Positions 1 through 10,139 of a DNA stretch of 64,000 nucleotides are shown piece by piece. Location: NCBI GenBank assembly GCA_965661285.1, contig CBFIDD010000001.1, positions 340,852-404,851 on the forward strand. The letters run 5' to 3'. A program made the translations under genes and the position numbers. The DNA is from Poseidonia sp. GTDB lineage: Archaea; Thermoplasmatota; Poseidoniia; Poseidoniales; Poseidoniaceae. Each line of letters starts with the position of its first letter. Positions within the stretch are counted from its first letter, which is position 1. Below the pieces are notes generated by a model. The model was not told the DNA's origin. It did not search any database and saw nothing but the letters and a program-made list of their open reading frames with translations.

Positions 1-1018
1 ATTTCTCAAGCACTTCTGCACGATGGCGCTCGTGGACCAAACTGCCCATGCGCACACCCTCTTCCATGCCCGGGCCAACGGGCCACTTCGAAACTTCAGC
101 ACAGACGGCCTCTACGAGGTCGTCATGGACATCCTCATGCACGAGAAGCCGGGAACCGGCCCAACACATCTGACCTGCATTCATGAAGATACCAAAGCAG
201 ATGGCTTTCGCTGCATAACGGAGATTTGCATCGGGGAAGACGATGTTCGCACCTTTCCCACCGAGTTCGAGCGTGACGGGCGTCAACTGTTCACTGGCCT
301 TGGCCATGACGGTCTTTCCTGTCGGGACGCCGCCCGTCAACACCACGCCGTCGACGCCGGGATGGCCGGCCAAGGCGTCCCCAGCAAGCGCGCCTGAGCC
401 GGTGAAAACTTGCAAAACACCGGAGGGAAGCCCCGTGTCGGCTTCGTCAATGGCCTTTGCCCATGCGAGAAGTGAGAGCGGCGTCCACGAGGCGGGCTTG
501 GCGATCACCGTGCAGCCAGCGGCAAGCGCTGGTGCAATGGAGCGCAACGCCAGTTGAAGCGGGAAGTTCCACGGCACGATGTGTGCGGTGACCCCGAGCG
601 GCTGACGAAGGGTGTAGTTCAGTCGTGAGCCGGGGACGGGAATGGTGCTGCCTTCGATTTTATCGGTCAGGCCAGCGAAGTATTCCAGCGTCCATGCGCC
701 GTATCGAATTTCAGAGAGCGCCTCTCGGAAGGTCTTGCCGTTGTTGGAGGATTCGATCACAGCCAATTCCTTCGCCTTGGCGTAGGTAGCGGCCGCCATT
801 TTGTTGAGCACACGTCCACGCTGAGCGGGATCCATCGCTTTCCAATCGGCTTGATTCAGGGCAGCGCGAGACGCTTCCACGCATCGGTTAACGTCGCCGA
901 CCGTTGCTTTTGGCACCGTGGCCATCACTTCGCCCGTCGCTGGGTTGAGGGCATCGCTGGTTTCTCCGTTCTCTGCGGCGCACCACTTACCGGCGATCCA
1001 CATCTGTTCTTCGGCCAT
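1..1018 (-). CDS. NAD(P)-dependent aldehyde dehydrogenase (3' end runs off the window; not in ORF track)
   Basis: Manual translation from ATG at 1018: MAEEQMWIAGKW...NPATGEV...IVPWNFPLQL...AKPASWTP...VTLELGGKGANIVF...NAGQMCWAGSRLLV; canonical ALDH motifs incl. catalytic Glu and Cys. Confidence 0.93.
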   Translation of the reverse strand, partial: MAEEQMWIAGKWCAAENGETSDALNPATGEVMATVPKATVGDVNRCVEASRAALNQADWKAMDPAQRGRVLNKMAAATYAKAKELAVIESSNNGKTFREALSEIRYGAWTLEYFAGLTDKIEGSTIPVPGSRLNYTLRQPLGVTAHIVPWNFPLQLALRSIAPALAAGCTVIAKPASWTPLSLLAWAKAIDEADTGLPSGVLQVFTGSGALAGDALAGHPGVDGVVLTGGVPTGKTVMAKASEQLTPVTLELGGKGANIVFPDANLRYAAKAICFGIFMNAGQMCWAGSRLLVHEDVHDDLVEAVCAEVSKWPVGPGMEEGVRMGSLVHERHRAEVLEK

Positions 1019-1155
1019 GAATCTTCCAAACCAAGGCGCTTCAAAGGGGCATCGGTGGCGCCCTCCGCTCGCAAACCCCGAGCCACTGCGTCAACAACGA
1101 CAGAAGCCTCATGTGCCCGAGTCCTCCAGTGGACTTCATGACCAAGAGGATAGGG

Positions 1156-1800
1156 ATGGCGAAACGCACCGCCCAGACCCTGTCGACACGGCCTCCACGA
1201 CTGCTCATTATCGCCGGCGCAACCGGTGTAGGGAAATCCACCGCAGCCGTGGGTGTCGCCCAACGAGCAGGCTTTACCCGCGTGATGTCAACCGATGCCA
1301 TTCGCGAAATCATGCGAGCGACCGACGCAGAGCATGAGCATGAGGCATTGCACCGTTCCTCATTTTCACGCGGAACCAGCGGCGAGCCGGTGCTTGACTG
1401 GAACGAAACTTGCCTTGCGGTTGAAGCGGGCGTATCCGCTACGCTGGAGCGCGCACGCAGAGAAGGCATTGACCTCCTGCTGGAAGGCGTCCATATCGTA
1501 CCCAGTGCTCGCCTCCTCAAGGCGTGGGAGGATGCTGGGGGCGTCGCCCTTGGGGTGGTCATGGTCGTCGATGAAGAGCGGGCACACCAAGCGATGCTAA
1601 AATCGCGAGATGCACATTCCTACCGAAGGTCGGACCGATACCTGGCGAATTTTGGACGGATTCGCGCCATACAGGACGGATTGATCGAACGGGCAAAAAT
1701 TGCGATCTGGCCGGTGGTTGACCCGACGCGTGTTGACAGCGACGTTGAGCGTATCTTTACGTTGCTCAACAGAGCGATTGACCGGTATCACGAAGACTGA
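1156..1800 (+). CDS. P-loop kinase of the 2-phosphoglycerate kinase family (possible mevalonate-3-phosphate 5-kinase)
   Basis: IAGATGVGKST Walker A followed by VMSTDAIREIMR and LLEGVHIVP, typical of the archaeal 2PG-kinase family; start chosen after AGGATAGGG. Confidence 0.75.
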   Translation: MAKRTAQTLSTRPPRLLIIAGATGVGKSTAAVGVAQRAGFTRVMSTDAIREIMRATDAEHEHEALHRSSFSRGTSGEPVLDWNETCLAVEAGVSATLERARREGIDLLLEGVHIVPSARLLKAWEDAGGVALGVVMVVDEERAHQAMLKSRDAHSYRRSDRYLANFGRIRAIQDGLIERAKIAIWPVVDPTRVDSDVERIFTLLNRAIDRYHED

Positions 1801-2237
1801 ACGTCCAACGTGAATTCCACGTCGTAATTGAGCATCGCTTCGCCGTCAGAGACGCCGAGTTCGGCCGTGACGCTGATGGTGTTGCTGTCCGTTTGTGTCA
1901 GCTCCATGTTGGTCAATTTGATCTCCACACCCCGTAATTCACCGTGATGGAGGAAATCATCGTGCACGGTCTCGAATCCCAACTGCGCGGCCTCCATCGG
2001 CTCCAGACCGCCATCCATCCAGAGGTCCATGCGGGCTTGGGTCAACGGCTGAATGGTCTCGAGAACCTGGTTGGTGGTGTCGATGACATCGTCAGAAGCG
2101 GCTTCGTGGGGCAGGGTGAGCCCGGCGACTTTGACGCCAAAAATAGCCATCGATAGCAAGGACATGAGCAACACCACGCCGGTCGCCAAGAGCATTTGTC
2201 CTGCTTGTGATTCACGAAGGTCGGTGGATTGCATCAT
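1788..2237 (-). CDS. Putative type IV pilin-like protein
   Basis: Short leader then QAG|QMLLATGVVLLMSLLSMAIFG hydrophobic helix; ATGA overlap with stop of upstream pilin-like gene; last gene of pilus operon. Confidence 0.6.
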   Translation of the reverse strand: MMQSTDLRESQAGQMLLATGVVLLMSLLSMAIFGVKVAGLTLPHEAASDDVIDTTNQVLETIQPLTQARMDLWMDGGLEPMEAAQLGFETVHDDFLHHGELRGVEIKLTNMELTQTDSNTISVTAELGVSDGEAMLNYDVEFTLDVQSS

Positions 2238-2674
2238 GCACCACCTCCCCGAGCCCACACGTCCAAGGTCACCGTCCACACGTAAGGGCCGATGACGACG
2301 AGATGATGCACGGCCACGGTTCCGCTGGACGGCGAACCCACCGTACCGTGAGGCGTGGCGACGGAGCTGTCCTTGGCCAACCAGCAGTTGGCCTCTTTGC
2401 CCGGTGCGACTGCGGACTGCAGAAGTTCGCATGCGCCCTCTCGGTCGTCCTCGGCGAGGAGTTCAACGAGGCGATTGTCGCCTTCAATTTCAGCCTCAAG
2501 ACCCAGCCCGTACCGGATGGCATCGTCGCCGGCCATCTCCAGAGAAGAATCGAGGGCGACAGACGCAGAATCGGGGACGTGAACACGAATCAAAAATGTG
2601 GCTGACATGAAAAACAGCCAAAACAGCGTGAGCATCTCCAGAATATGGATTTGCGCCTCCTCGTCATGACGCAT
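2234..2674 (-). CDS. Putative type IV pilin-like protein
   Basis: MRHDEEA|QIHILEMLTLFWLFF resembles the class III signal peptide GQxHxLE of euryarchaeal pilin-like proteins; directly downstream of TadC-like genes. Confidence 0.65.
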   Translation of the reverse strand: MRHDEEAQIHILEMLTLFWLFFMSATFLIRVHVPDSASVALDSSLEMAGDDAIRYGLGLEAEIEGDNRLVELLAEDDREGACELLQSAVAPGKEANCWLAKDSSVATPHGTVGSPSSGTVAVHHLVVIGPYVWTVTLDVWARGGGA

Positions 2675-2678
2675 GGCT

Positions 2679-4253
2679 TCAACCTCCGAAATACAGCGGT
2701 GAAGGAACGAAGGTCCCCGAAGACGGATTCAAGCCGGGAACTTCGGTGATGCCAATGAGATCGGGTGAGAAGGCGACGAGGTTGAAGATCACCAGCGCCA
2801 CGAGAATCATCATGCCCGAATGCTTGAACCCGGTCGAGAAACGACCCGTCGCCATCAAGCCCGCCATGGAACCATTACCCAGCGCTTGCATCGTCACGCC
2901 GTAGTAGAAAATCGTCAAGAAAAACAGCGGGTCAATGTTGCGGATGGTCATGTTTCCAATGGTTTGACCACCGCTGTCCCCACCGCCCTCACCACCGGAG
3001 TTTGAACCTGCGATAGCGGGAATAAACACCTTGGCCAAAACGACAATCACGCCAAGGAAAACGAAGTACGAGGTCCAAATGACCGCAATGTAGGAACCGA
3101 TGGCGCGTTTTCGTTCGCCCTCGAGGAACTTCAATTCACGAGAGTCGTTGGCTGCCGTGACCAAAATGTCCGAAATTTTTCCACCCGCACGGTCAGCCTC
3201 TGCGATGAGGGTGATAGCACGGCGAACAAGCGGTGTTCCCACCCGCTCAGCAAACTGACGAATGACATCGGAGAACTTGACGCCCCAACTGAGTTGGTCG
3301 GACATCTTCTTGACTTCGTCGTTTAAGGCTCCATATTCGGACGTCGCCAGCGTTTGAACCGCCACCGTCATGGAAAGACCACCCTTCCAATATTCGGCCA
3401 AATCTCGGAGGAAATCCGGGAACTTTTCCTCAACTTCGTTCTTGGCGTCTTCGACCTTTTCCCAATAGTAGGAGGCCGGGTAGATGAAGAAGAAGAACGT
3501 CAATCCGAAGAAATTCAAGAAAATGGTGGGATGGACCTTGAGCGGGCCGGCTTCAACCGCAGGGCCCAGCCACAGCGATTTGTTGTTCATGTTTGTTGGA
3601 ATACCGTCTTGATAGTGCACGGTCATGTCGAAGGTGACCGTTTGGAGGAATTGGCCTTCTTGAGCCGTCATGAACACCAATTCGTAGCGCGTGTCGGGCG
3701 GAATCGAGGTCATGAACAGTTGCTGCTCGCCGGTGTTGGTCGTGTCGTTCTCATATTCGAGGATATCACCAGCAGACGAGCGAATCGCAACGGTGTAATC
3801 GTAGGAGCCGGAGGCTTCAACCGTATAATTCAGCCATAAGGGTTGGAGGACAGCCGTCCCGCCTGTTGAAGATTCAGGCACGCCGGGAACATCGAAATTC
3901 TTCCCTCGTTTGGTGACCATCGTCCACTCTTCATCCTCCCACGTGATGCGGTCGGGTTGGTCTTGGAGGATGGAACAGGTTTGGTTGGCCGTGTAGGTCG
4001 GCTTTTGGTTCGTTTGGAAGTATTCACCCGTGGGGTTGCCCAGTTCGTCTTGTGCGGTTGCGCCGCAGTACAGGTTGGTGAACATCGGCTCGCCGTTGGC
4101 CGTGGGAACGAAACCAGAGTTGGCGATCCAAAACAGGCCGCTGGAGAGGCCGAGGATGATGGAGAAGAAGAGAATGATGTACAAGCGAGTGAGCGTCGAA
4201 TCGTCTTTGGGAAGGTCCAAATTGACGACGATCTTCTCTTTCTTGCGTGCCAA
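2679..4253 (-). CDS. Type II secretion system F (TadC/PilC/ArlJ-like) platform protein with extra N-terminal extracytoplasmic domain
   Basis: EEKFPDFLRDLAEYWKGGLSM...EYGALNDEVKKMSDQLSWG...GGKISDILV; likely TTG start at 4253 after GGGGGGAG. Confidence 0.88.
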   Translation of the reverse strand: MARKKEKIVVNLDLPKDDSTLTRLYIILFFSIILGLSSGLFWIANSGFVPTANGEPMFTNLYCGATAQDELGNPTGEYFQTNQKPTYTANQTCSILQDQPDRITWEDEEWTMVTKRGKNFDVPGVPESSTGGTAVLQPLWLNYTVEASGSYDYTVAIRSSAGDILEYENDTTNTGEQQLFMTSIPPDTRYELVFMTAQEGQFLQTVTFDMTVHYQDGIPTNMNNKSLWLGPAVEAGPLKVHPTIFLNFFGLTFFFFIYPASYYWEKVEDAKNEVEEKFPDFLRDLAEYWKGGLSMTVAVQTLATSEYGALNDEVKKMSDQLSWGVKFSDVIRQFAERVGTPLVRRAITLIAEADRAGGKISDILVTAANDSRELKFLEGERKRAIGSYIAVIWTSYFVFLGVIVVLAKVFIPAIAGSNSGGEGGGDSGGQTIGNMTIRNIDPLFFLTIFYYGVTMQALGNGSMAGLMATGRFSTGFKHSGMMILVALVIFNLVAFSPDLIGITEVPGLNPSSGTFVPSPLYFGG

Positions 4254-4266
4254 ACTTTCTCCCCCC

Positions 4267-5286
4267 CTACATTTCTTGCTCCTTACTGCTGGTCCACACA
4301 AGGACGGCGTAGGCGATGTGAATCATCGGGATGAAGCCAAGAACGATACCGTAAAGCATGCCTTCGCTCATTTGAGCACCCGAGCCTGAAACCCAGAACA
4401 TGATGACGAGCATGACGATCAAAAACAACGGCATAGCAACGGCGACCACAATGTAGGATTCGGCAAGAAGGGCGATGGATTCGAGGAATTGCCCCAACCG
4501 GGTTCGGTTTTCACGCATGTAGTGTTCAGCACGATTCAAGAAGAAGAGTTTGAGTTGACCACCCGCCGTCAACGTACCGACCATGCCTTGGAAAAATTCC
4601 GTCAACCAAACCGATGCGGCACGGTCAACGCTCATTTTCATCGCCGTGATGAGATCGTAGCCCAGCAGGGTGATGTCGCGATAAATCATCGCAGCGTCAT
4701 CCGCCACGTCGCCGTAGATGTCCTTGTTCATGGCGAGGGAACGGAAAATCTTGGCCGGTGTGGCATTGGCTGCCGACATGGCAGCGGTGTAGGAAGCGGC
4801 GTAGGGAAGGTACTTCTCAATCATATCAGCTCGTCGGGTGGCTTCTCGTTGTGCGCCACCCTTGTTGTATTTGTAGGCTGCAAAAGGAACGATCAGACCG
4901 CCGAGCGCGACAATAACCACCTTCAGCACAGCAGGGAACACCTGCAGTGCATAATCCGGGCAACCGTTTCCTGGAAGGGTGGGGTCGATGAGGTCGGGGT
5001 TCCAGTATTCCCATTCAAAGCAAGGATTCTTGGTGGCGGGGTCTTGTATGCCCTCGTAAAAAGCAATGACCCCGATGTCGGGAACGAAAAAGATGGCAAC
5101 AAAGGCCCACGACATGAGCGTGATGGCGATGGAGGTAACGATGACGGTGGAGAGGTAGACCTCGGGCATCATGCCCATTGAGCCTTTGACGAGGTTAGCG
5201 GACAACTCCTTGTCGTTGCGGGCCCGCTTCTTGACAAACGGCCCGAGAAGCCGATTGCAGATGCGTTGCCATGCCGTCAAGTCCAT
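4267..5286 (-). CDS. Type II secretion system F (TadC/PilC-like) platform protein
   Basis: IEKYLPYAASYTAAMS...IYGDVADDAAMIYRDITLLGYDLITAM...LLAESYI; between ATPase and second T2SSF gene. Confidence 0.88.
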   Translation of the reverse strand: MDLTAWQRICNRLLGPFVKKRARNDKELSANLVKGSMGMMPEVYLSTVIVTSIAITLMSWAFVAIFFVPDIGVIAFYEGIQDPATKNPCFEWEYWNPDLIDPTLPGNGCPDYALQVFPAVLKVVIVALGGLIVPFAAYKYNKGGAQREATRRADMIEKYLPYAASYTAAMSAANATPAKIFRSLAMNKDIYGDVADDAAMIYRDITLLGYDLITAMKMSVDRAASVWLTEFFQGMVGTLTAGGQLKLFFLNRAEHYMRENRTRLGQFLESIALLAESYIVVAVAMPLFLIVMLVIMFWVSGSGAQMSEGMLYGIVLGFIPMIHIAYAVLVWTSSKEQEM

Positions 5287-5313
5287 TGTATCACCAAATC
5301 TGAATTCGCCGCC

Positions 5314-6861
5314 TCACTTCAACCCGTCCACACGAGCCAACATTTCGTTGGGACGCACGTAATACTCGGTGACGATTTGGGACACTTGGTCAGCCTTGCG
5401 GATATCGTTCAAGACCATCCACTCAAGAATGCGCTTTCGGGTGCGCAGTTCTCGTCGCATCTCTTCTTGACTGTAGTTGATCTTGACCATGATTTTCTCC
5501 AGAACATAGGACTTTCCGCTGAAAATAAAGTCGTCGTTGGTGACATCCCATCGGAACACTTCGTTGGTGATGACCTCCATCGAGTTGGGGTCAATACCAA
5601 CGATTTCCACCACTTGCTTTGTTCGTCGCACACGCCGTCCGTTGATACGGGTTTGAATTTGAATGCAACAGGCTTCCAAAGCGGGGAGCAGCACACGAGG
5701 AATGTCGATGGGTTTGTTTTCCAAACGGTGGACCAGCGAAGGGACGGAGTCGGCGTGGACTGTGGAGTATGCGCAGTGGCCGGTGGCCATGGCTTGGAAC
5801 AGAACGTAGGCCTCAGCACCACGAATCTCACCCACAATGATGTATTCAGGCCGTTCACGCAACGCAGCCTTGAGCAATTCGAACTCACCGATGACACCCT
5901 CGTCGCTTTCACCACCGAAACCCTGCCGGGTCAAACCCGGAACCCAGTTGGGTTGGGGAATATTGACTTCACGGGTGGACTCAATGGACACGATTTTCAT
6001 CTGCCAGGGGATGAAGATGCACATGGCGTTGAGAGTCGTCGTCTTTCCTGATGCCGTACCGCCGACGAAGAGCATCGGCACTTCGTTCTGGAAGGCGATC
6101 CAGAGATAGGCGACCATCAACGACGACATGGTTCGGAATGCCACGATGTCAGCAGGCGAAAACGGGTCGTCTTTGAAGCGTCGAATACAGAACGCAGAAC
6201 CTCGGGTTGAGATTTCATGACCCAATTTCATCACGATTCGAGAACCGTCCATCAGGGTTGCGTCAAGCAGGGGTTCAGCGACCGAAATGTGCTTACCGCA
6301 ACGCTGTGCGAGCTTGATGACGTACGATTCGAGTTCTTCGTCCGTCTCCCAAACACAGGTGGTCTCCACGGACTCAAACTTTCGGTGATAGGCAAAAATC
6401 GGGACCTTGGTGCCGTCGAGGGAGATGTCTTCCACGTTGACATCGTTCATCAGCACGTCCATCTTCCCGTAGCCGATGAGGTCTCGACGAAGATAGTAGA
6501 AGAGTTTTGACTTGGATTTCTTGTTGATCTTCATGCTGTACGATTTGATGACCTTGTCCATGGCCGTCCGCACATAGGCTTCTGGATTGGAGTCAATCTC
6601 CTCGATGTTTGCCGTCAGCGAGCGAATGAAAATGTCCATGATTTCGTCTCGCTGTTCCTGCTCCTTCTTGGTCAGCGGAGGTTCGATGATTTGGTAGATG
6701 ATGTTGAGCGTCTGCTTGTCCCGAACGATGCGGGCAAATGCGTGAGGGGGCATCACAGGGTACTTGTCGAGTTCATCGTATTGCGCTCGTTGTCGGGCCC
6801 TTTGCCTGCCCCTGCCACCGCCCTTTTTTCTTGCTATGGTCACCACCCCTTGCGATTGCAA
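5314..6861 (-). CDS. Type II/IV secretion system ATPase (PilB/TadA/ArlI family)
   Basis: Walker A GGTASGKTT, LLKAALRERPEYIIVGEIRGAEA, MATGH..STVHADS; start codon uncertain. Confidence 0.95.
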   Translation of the reverse strand: MQSQGVVTIARKKGGGRGRQRARQRAQYDELDKYPVMPPHAFARIVRDKQTLNIIYQIIEPPLTKKEQEQRDEIMDIFIRSLTANIEEIDSNPEAYVRTAMDKVIKSYSMKINKKSKSKLFYYLRRDLIGYGKMDVLMNDVNVEDISLDGTKVPIFAYHRKFESVETTCVWETDEELESYVIKLAQRCGKHISVAEPLLDATLMDGSRIVMKLGHEISTRGSAFCIRRFKDDPFSPADIVAFRTMSSLMVAYLWIAFQNEVPMLFVGGTASGKTTTLNAMCIFIPWQMKIVSIESTREVNIPQPNWVPGLTRQGFGGESDEGVIGEFELLKAALRERPEYIIVGEIRGAEAYVLFQAMATGHCAYSTVHADSVPSLVHRLENKPIDIPRVLLPALEACCIQIQTRINGRRVRRTKQVVEIVGIDPNSMEVITNEVFRWDVTNDDFIFSGKSYVLEKIMVKINYSQEEMRRELRTRKRILEWMVLNDIRKADQVSQIVTEYYVRPNEMLARVDGLK

Positions 6862-6955
6862 TTTGCTACAACATCTCCCCGACTATAACACTTGGGTGAA
6901 AATCGGCCGGAAAACGACCTGCTGGGAGGAATCGCAAACCCTCGACAGAGAAGGC

Positions 6956-7510
6956 CTAACCGTTCATGACCTGCTCAAGCCAAGCCGAACATCGAGCGTG
7001 GAATTCGTCCAACCCAACATCGTTCACCAGCACGTCGGTGGCGTTGCGCATCAAGGTCTCCAAGCCCCAACCTCGTTCTCGCTCATTTCGCGCCTCAAAG
7101 GCAGCACGGTCGCCGTCCTCGGAACGCCCACGTTGAAGGATACGCTGGTAACGGAGCTCGCTGTCAGCGTTGATAGCGACCGTGCGGTAATCACCATTCC
7201 ATCGTGCGGAAAATACGGCGTCCTCGGCCGTTCCCCTCAAGCCTTCGATGAGCACGAGTTGGTGGTCTTGCAAGAGTTCGTCCACGCGGTCGCACAATCG
7301 GACCGCAAGGACATCTTCCCCGTGTTCAGCGCGAAGGTCGGCAGCGACCTCTCCAAAGACATGCGGTGCCTCGACGAGGCCACGAGAACGCACCTCAGCA
7401 CGAATCATGTCGCCCATGGAGACGATGGGGACGTTTGCTTCGTTGAGGACGGCAGCGAACTCGCCCTTTCCTGACCCGGGCATGCCGCACACCGCCACCA
7501 CCCGAGCCAT
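6956..7510 (-). CDS. P-loop kinase, UPF0200 / dephospho-CoA kinase-like
   Basis: VVAVCGMPGSGKGE, IVSMGDMIRAE, LIEGLRG, RGRSED. Confidence 0.8.
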   Translation of the reverse strand: MARVVAVCGMPGSGKGEFAAVLNEANVPIVSMGDMIRAEVRSRGLVEAPHVFGEVAADLRAEHGEDVLAVRLCDRVDELLQDHQLVLIEGLRGTAEDAVFSARWNGDYRTVAINADSELRYQRILQRGRSEDGDRAAFEARNERERGWGLETLMRNATDVLVNDVGLDEFHARCSAWLEQVMNG

Positions 7511-7565
7511 GCTCACCGGTCTTGACCGACGCTCAAGAACATACCTGCCCGAGCATCCCTCGTCA

Positions 7566-9263
7566 TCAGTTTGAGAACTCTGAACGACCCCAACGCTTGT
7601 CCATCAACTTCCACAGAAGCGCCGAGGCGAAGATGAGGCCAATAGAGATGGCAATCATGCCGATGTACCCTTGTTGAACCATGGAGTCATCGTACATTTG
7701 GGCCGTGGCGGCCAGTCCGTCCTGGCTGGCACGCTCCCACCAGTTGCCGTAGAGGCTGACGTCACCTTGGGTGAATGAAAGCAGAAACAGACCGAGCAGC
7801 GGCAAGACGGTGCCGATCCAAAACCACACCATGATGGATGCATCGAAAATGGCTTTGTTGGGGCGCAGACCCATCAAAAAGGCGGTTAGGGCCACGATGT
7901 AGACCGAGTTGGCAAACATCACGATGATGCTGGTGGGCAACGAAGCCCATTCGTCCAGTCGCCACGCCATCAAGACGATGAAGATGAGCGAAATCCACGA
8001 GGTGGCCAGGAAATACACCACGACTTTTGCTCGAATCAGGTCGGGCACCTTCACCGGTAAACCGTTCATGAAATCCGGTGAATCAAGGATGGTGAGCCAA
8101 GAATAGAAATTGAAGCCAAAGAAGCCCAAAAACGGAGCATAGGAAAGGAGGTTAATGGGGATGGGCGCTTCGGCGAAATCCACGAGCCACGCCATGCCGA
8201 GCAGCACCAAGAGCGGAATGGCATAAGAGACCGTCATTTTCTTGATGGCTCCCGAGCGAAACAGGTCAACGAATTCCTTCGCCACGATCAATCGAATGTG
8301 ACCCCTTCCGAGGAATCCAAGGCGAGCGTACATCGGAGCGAGTAAATCGCCTCGCTCCACCACGCTGACATCGAAGTCATCGAGAATCAAGAGCGATGCG
8401 AACAGGCCCAAACCGAACGACAAGGCCAAACCCAGAAGAATCGCCACCCCACTTTGCGAAGACTGTGCCGCCAGACCCCAGAGAAGAACGTCCACGGGAA
8501 GGTGACCCAACCCTACGCCAATGCCGATGGCGACCACGATGACCGGACCGACCACGGTGTAAGGACGACCGCGCAGCCACAATGACGAGGCGAGGAAGGA
8601 CAAGGCGAGGCCCTGGCCTAACGTGGTGGCCATTGCCAACCACGTCCACGGGAGGGAACTCCACAACAGCGGGGTTCGGATACCAGCGAAACCGTCCAGC
8701 AGAATGCCCAGTGCCATGCCGGCGATGATAGGGGTCAAAATGAGAAGCATGTAGAACAGAACTTCCTTGGCAAAATAGGCGAAATGCGCCATGGAATTTG
8801 GAAGCGGCTGGAGGGCAGGGGCGGCGAGCAGGAAATTTTTCGTTCCGGTACGCCGGAGGATGGCGTCCCTGCCCATGAAGGCAAAGGTGCCCATGCCCAA
8901 GGAAAACATGAACATGGGAAGGTGGAGAGCGAACCGAAGTTCTTGCCAAGTGAAGGTTTTAGCCTCGATGTCTGAGGTTTGGGCGGTGGAATCGCCAACC
9001 AAAAACTGCAGGCCGATGGTGGAGATAGCAGTGACCAACGTGAGCAACAGTGGAAAGAGGACCATTTGTCGTTTTTTGGCGAACTCGACGCTTTTGCGAG
9101 CCTCTTCGATGAACATGACGCGAAAGGTCGCCGAAAACGCCGCCCAACCTCGCAACGGTTCGTTCAGCATGACACCATGAGGCGATGTCCCAAGCGACCC
9201 GCGTTCACTGAAATCGTCGTCCGTCCACGGACGCGTTTCAATGAAGGTGCCCGTCATGGTCAT
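7566..9263 (-). CDS. Polytopic membrane protein, probable ABC exporter permease
   Basis: About 12-14 hydrophobic segments in two halves; ATGA-coupled to upstream ABC ATPase. Confidence 0.75.
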   Translation of the reverse strand: MTMTGTFIETRPWTDDDFSERGSLGTSPHGVMLNEPLRGWAAFSATFRVMFIEEARKSVEFAKKRQMVLFPLLLTLVTAISTIGLQFLVGDSTAQTSDIEAKTFTWQELRFALHLPMFMFSLGMGTFAFMGRDAILRRTGTKNFLLAAPALQPLPNSMAHFAYFAKEVLFYMLLILTPIIAGMALGILLDGFAGIRTPLLWSSLPWTWLAMATTLGQGLALSFLASSLWLRGRPYTVVGPVIVVAIGIGVGLGHLPVDVLLWGLAAQSSQSGVAILLGLALSFGLGLFASLLILDDFDVSVVERGDLLAPMYARLGFLGRGHIRLIVAKEFVDLFRSGAIKKMTVSYAIPLLVLLGMAWLVDFAEAPIPINLLSYAPFLGFFGFNFYSWLTILDSPDFMNGLPVKVPDLIRAKVVVYFLATSWISLIFIVLMAWRLDEWASLPTSIIVMFANSVYIVALTAFLMGLRPNKAIFDASIMVWFWIGTVLPLLGLFLLSFTQGDVSLYGNWWERASQDGLAATAQMYDDSMVQQGYIGMIAISIGLIFASALLWKLMDKRWGRSEFSN

Positions 9264-10045
9264 TCCTCCGAATCGTCCGTGATGCTCTCATCGCTCAATC
9301 GTTCAACATCTTCAATGGAACGACCAACCAGGCGGATGAACACGTCTTCAAGCGTTTCGTCTTCGGATTTTTTGAGACCCTTCACCGTGCCGGCAGCCAG
9401 CACTTTCCCGTCGTTGATGATGGCCATACGGTTACACATTCGTTCAGCCATCTCAAGAACGTGAGAACAGAGGAAGATCGTTCCGCCCTCAGCGACATGC
9501 GCGAGCAACCACTCTCGACACTTCCGCTGATAGATGGGGTCGAGGTTTGCGAAGGGTTCGTCAAGGAACAGGAGTTTTGGTTTGTGAATGAACGCGCTCG
9601 CAAGCATGACCTTTTGCCGCTGGCCTTTCGACAAATCCTTGCACATGGTGTCCCTTTTGTCCTGAAGACCGAACCACTCGAGCCAATGCTCAACCTTCTT
9701 CTTCAAATCCTCAACGCCTCGCAGGCGAGCGACGAATTCCAAGAACTCTGCAGGGGTGAGGAACGACGGAGGCGACTCGGATTCAGGAACGATACCGATG
9801 TTGGCCTTCACCTTCTGTGGGTCATCGACAGCATCAACGCCGAGCACTTCAATCCGGCCTTTGCTGGGCCGGAGTTGCCCTGTCAAGAGCTTGATGAAGG
9901 TGGATTTCCCCGCACCGTTAGGTCCGAAAACCCCGAAAAATTCGCCGGCGTGAACTTGAACGTTCAAGGGATGAAGGGCAACAAAATCGCCGTATTTTTT
10001 GGCCATGTCTACGGCGCTGACCATCGGTTTCTTTCCCTCAGTCAT
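9260..10045 (-). CDS. ABC transporter ATP-binding protein
   Basis: GPNGAGKST, LSKGQRQK signature, LLFLDEP, SH switch; start at 10045 inferred (ORF track extends to 10186). Confidence 0.93.
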   Translation of the reverse strand: MTEGKKPMVSAVDMAKKYGDFVALHPLNVQVHAGEFFGVFGPNGAGKSTFIKLLTGQLRPSKGRIEVLGVDAVDDPQKVKANIGIVPESESPPSFLTPAEFLEFVARLRGVEDLKKKVEHWLEWFGLQDKRDTMCKDLSKGQRQKVMLASAFIHKPKLLFLDEPFANLDPIYQRKCREWLLAHVAEGGTIFLCSHVLEMAERMCNRMAIINDGKVLAAGTVKGLKKSEDETLEDVFIRLVGRSIEDVERLSDESITDDSEE

Positions 10046-10139
10046 GCGTCTGTGATGGCGCCGATGAATATCATACCTTGCTTGAGGTTCATTGGAGACC
10101 GGCGATGACATCAAGAAGAACCGACGGTTCAGTCCTCTC

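Noticed and set aside
2679-6861. Archaellum (arlI/arlJ) operon
   Set aside because: No archaellin, ArlF/G or ArlH genes, and two separate T2SSF genes, which fits a pilus better.
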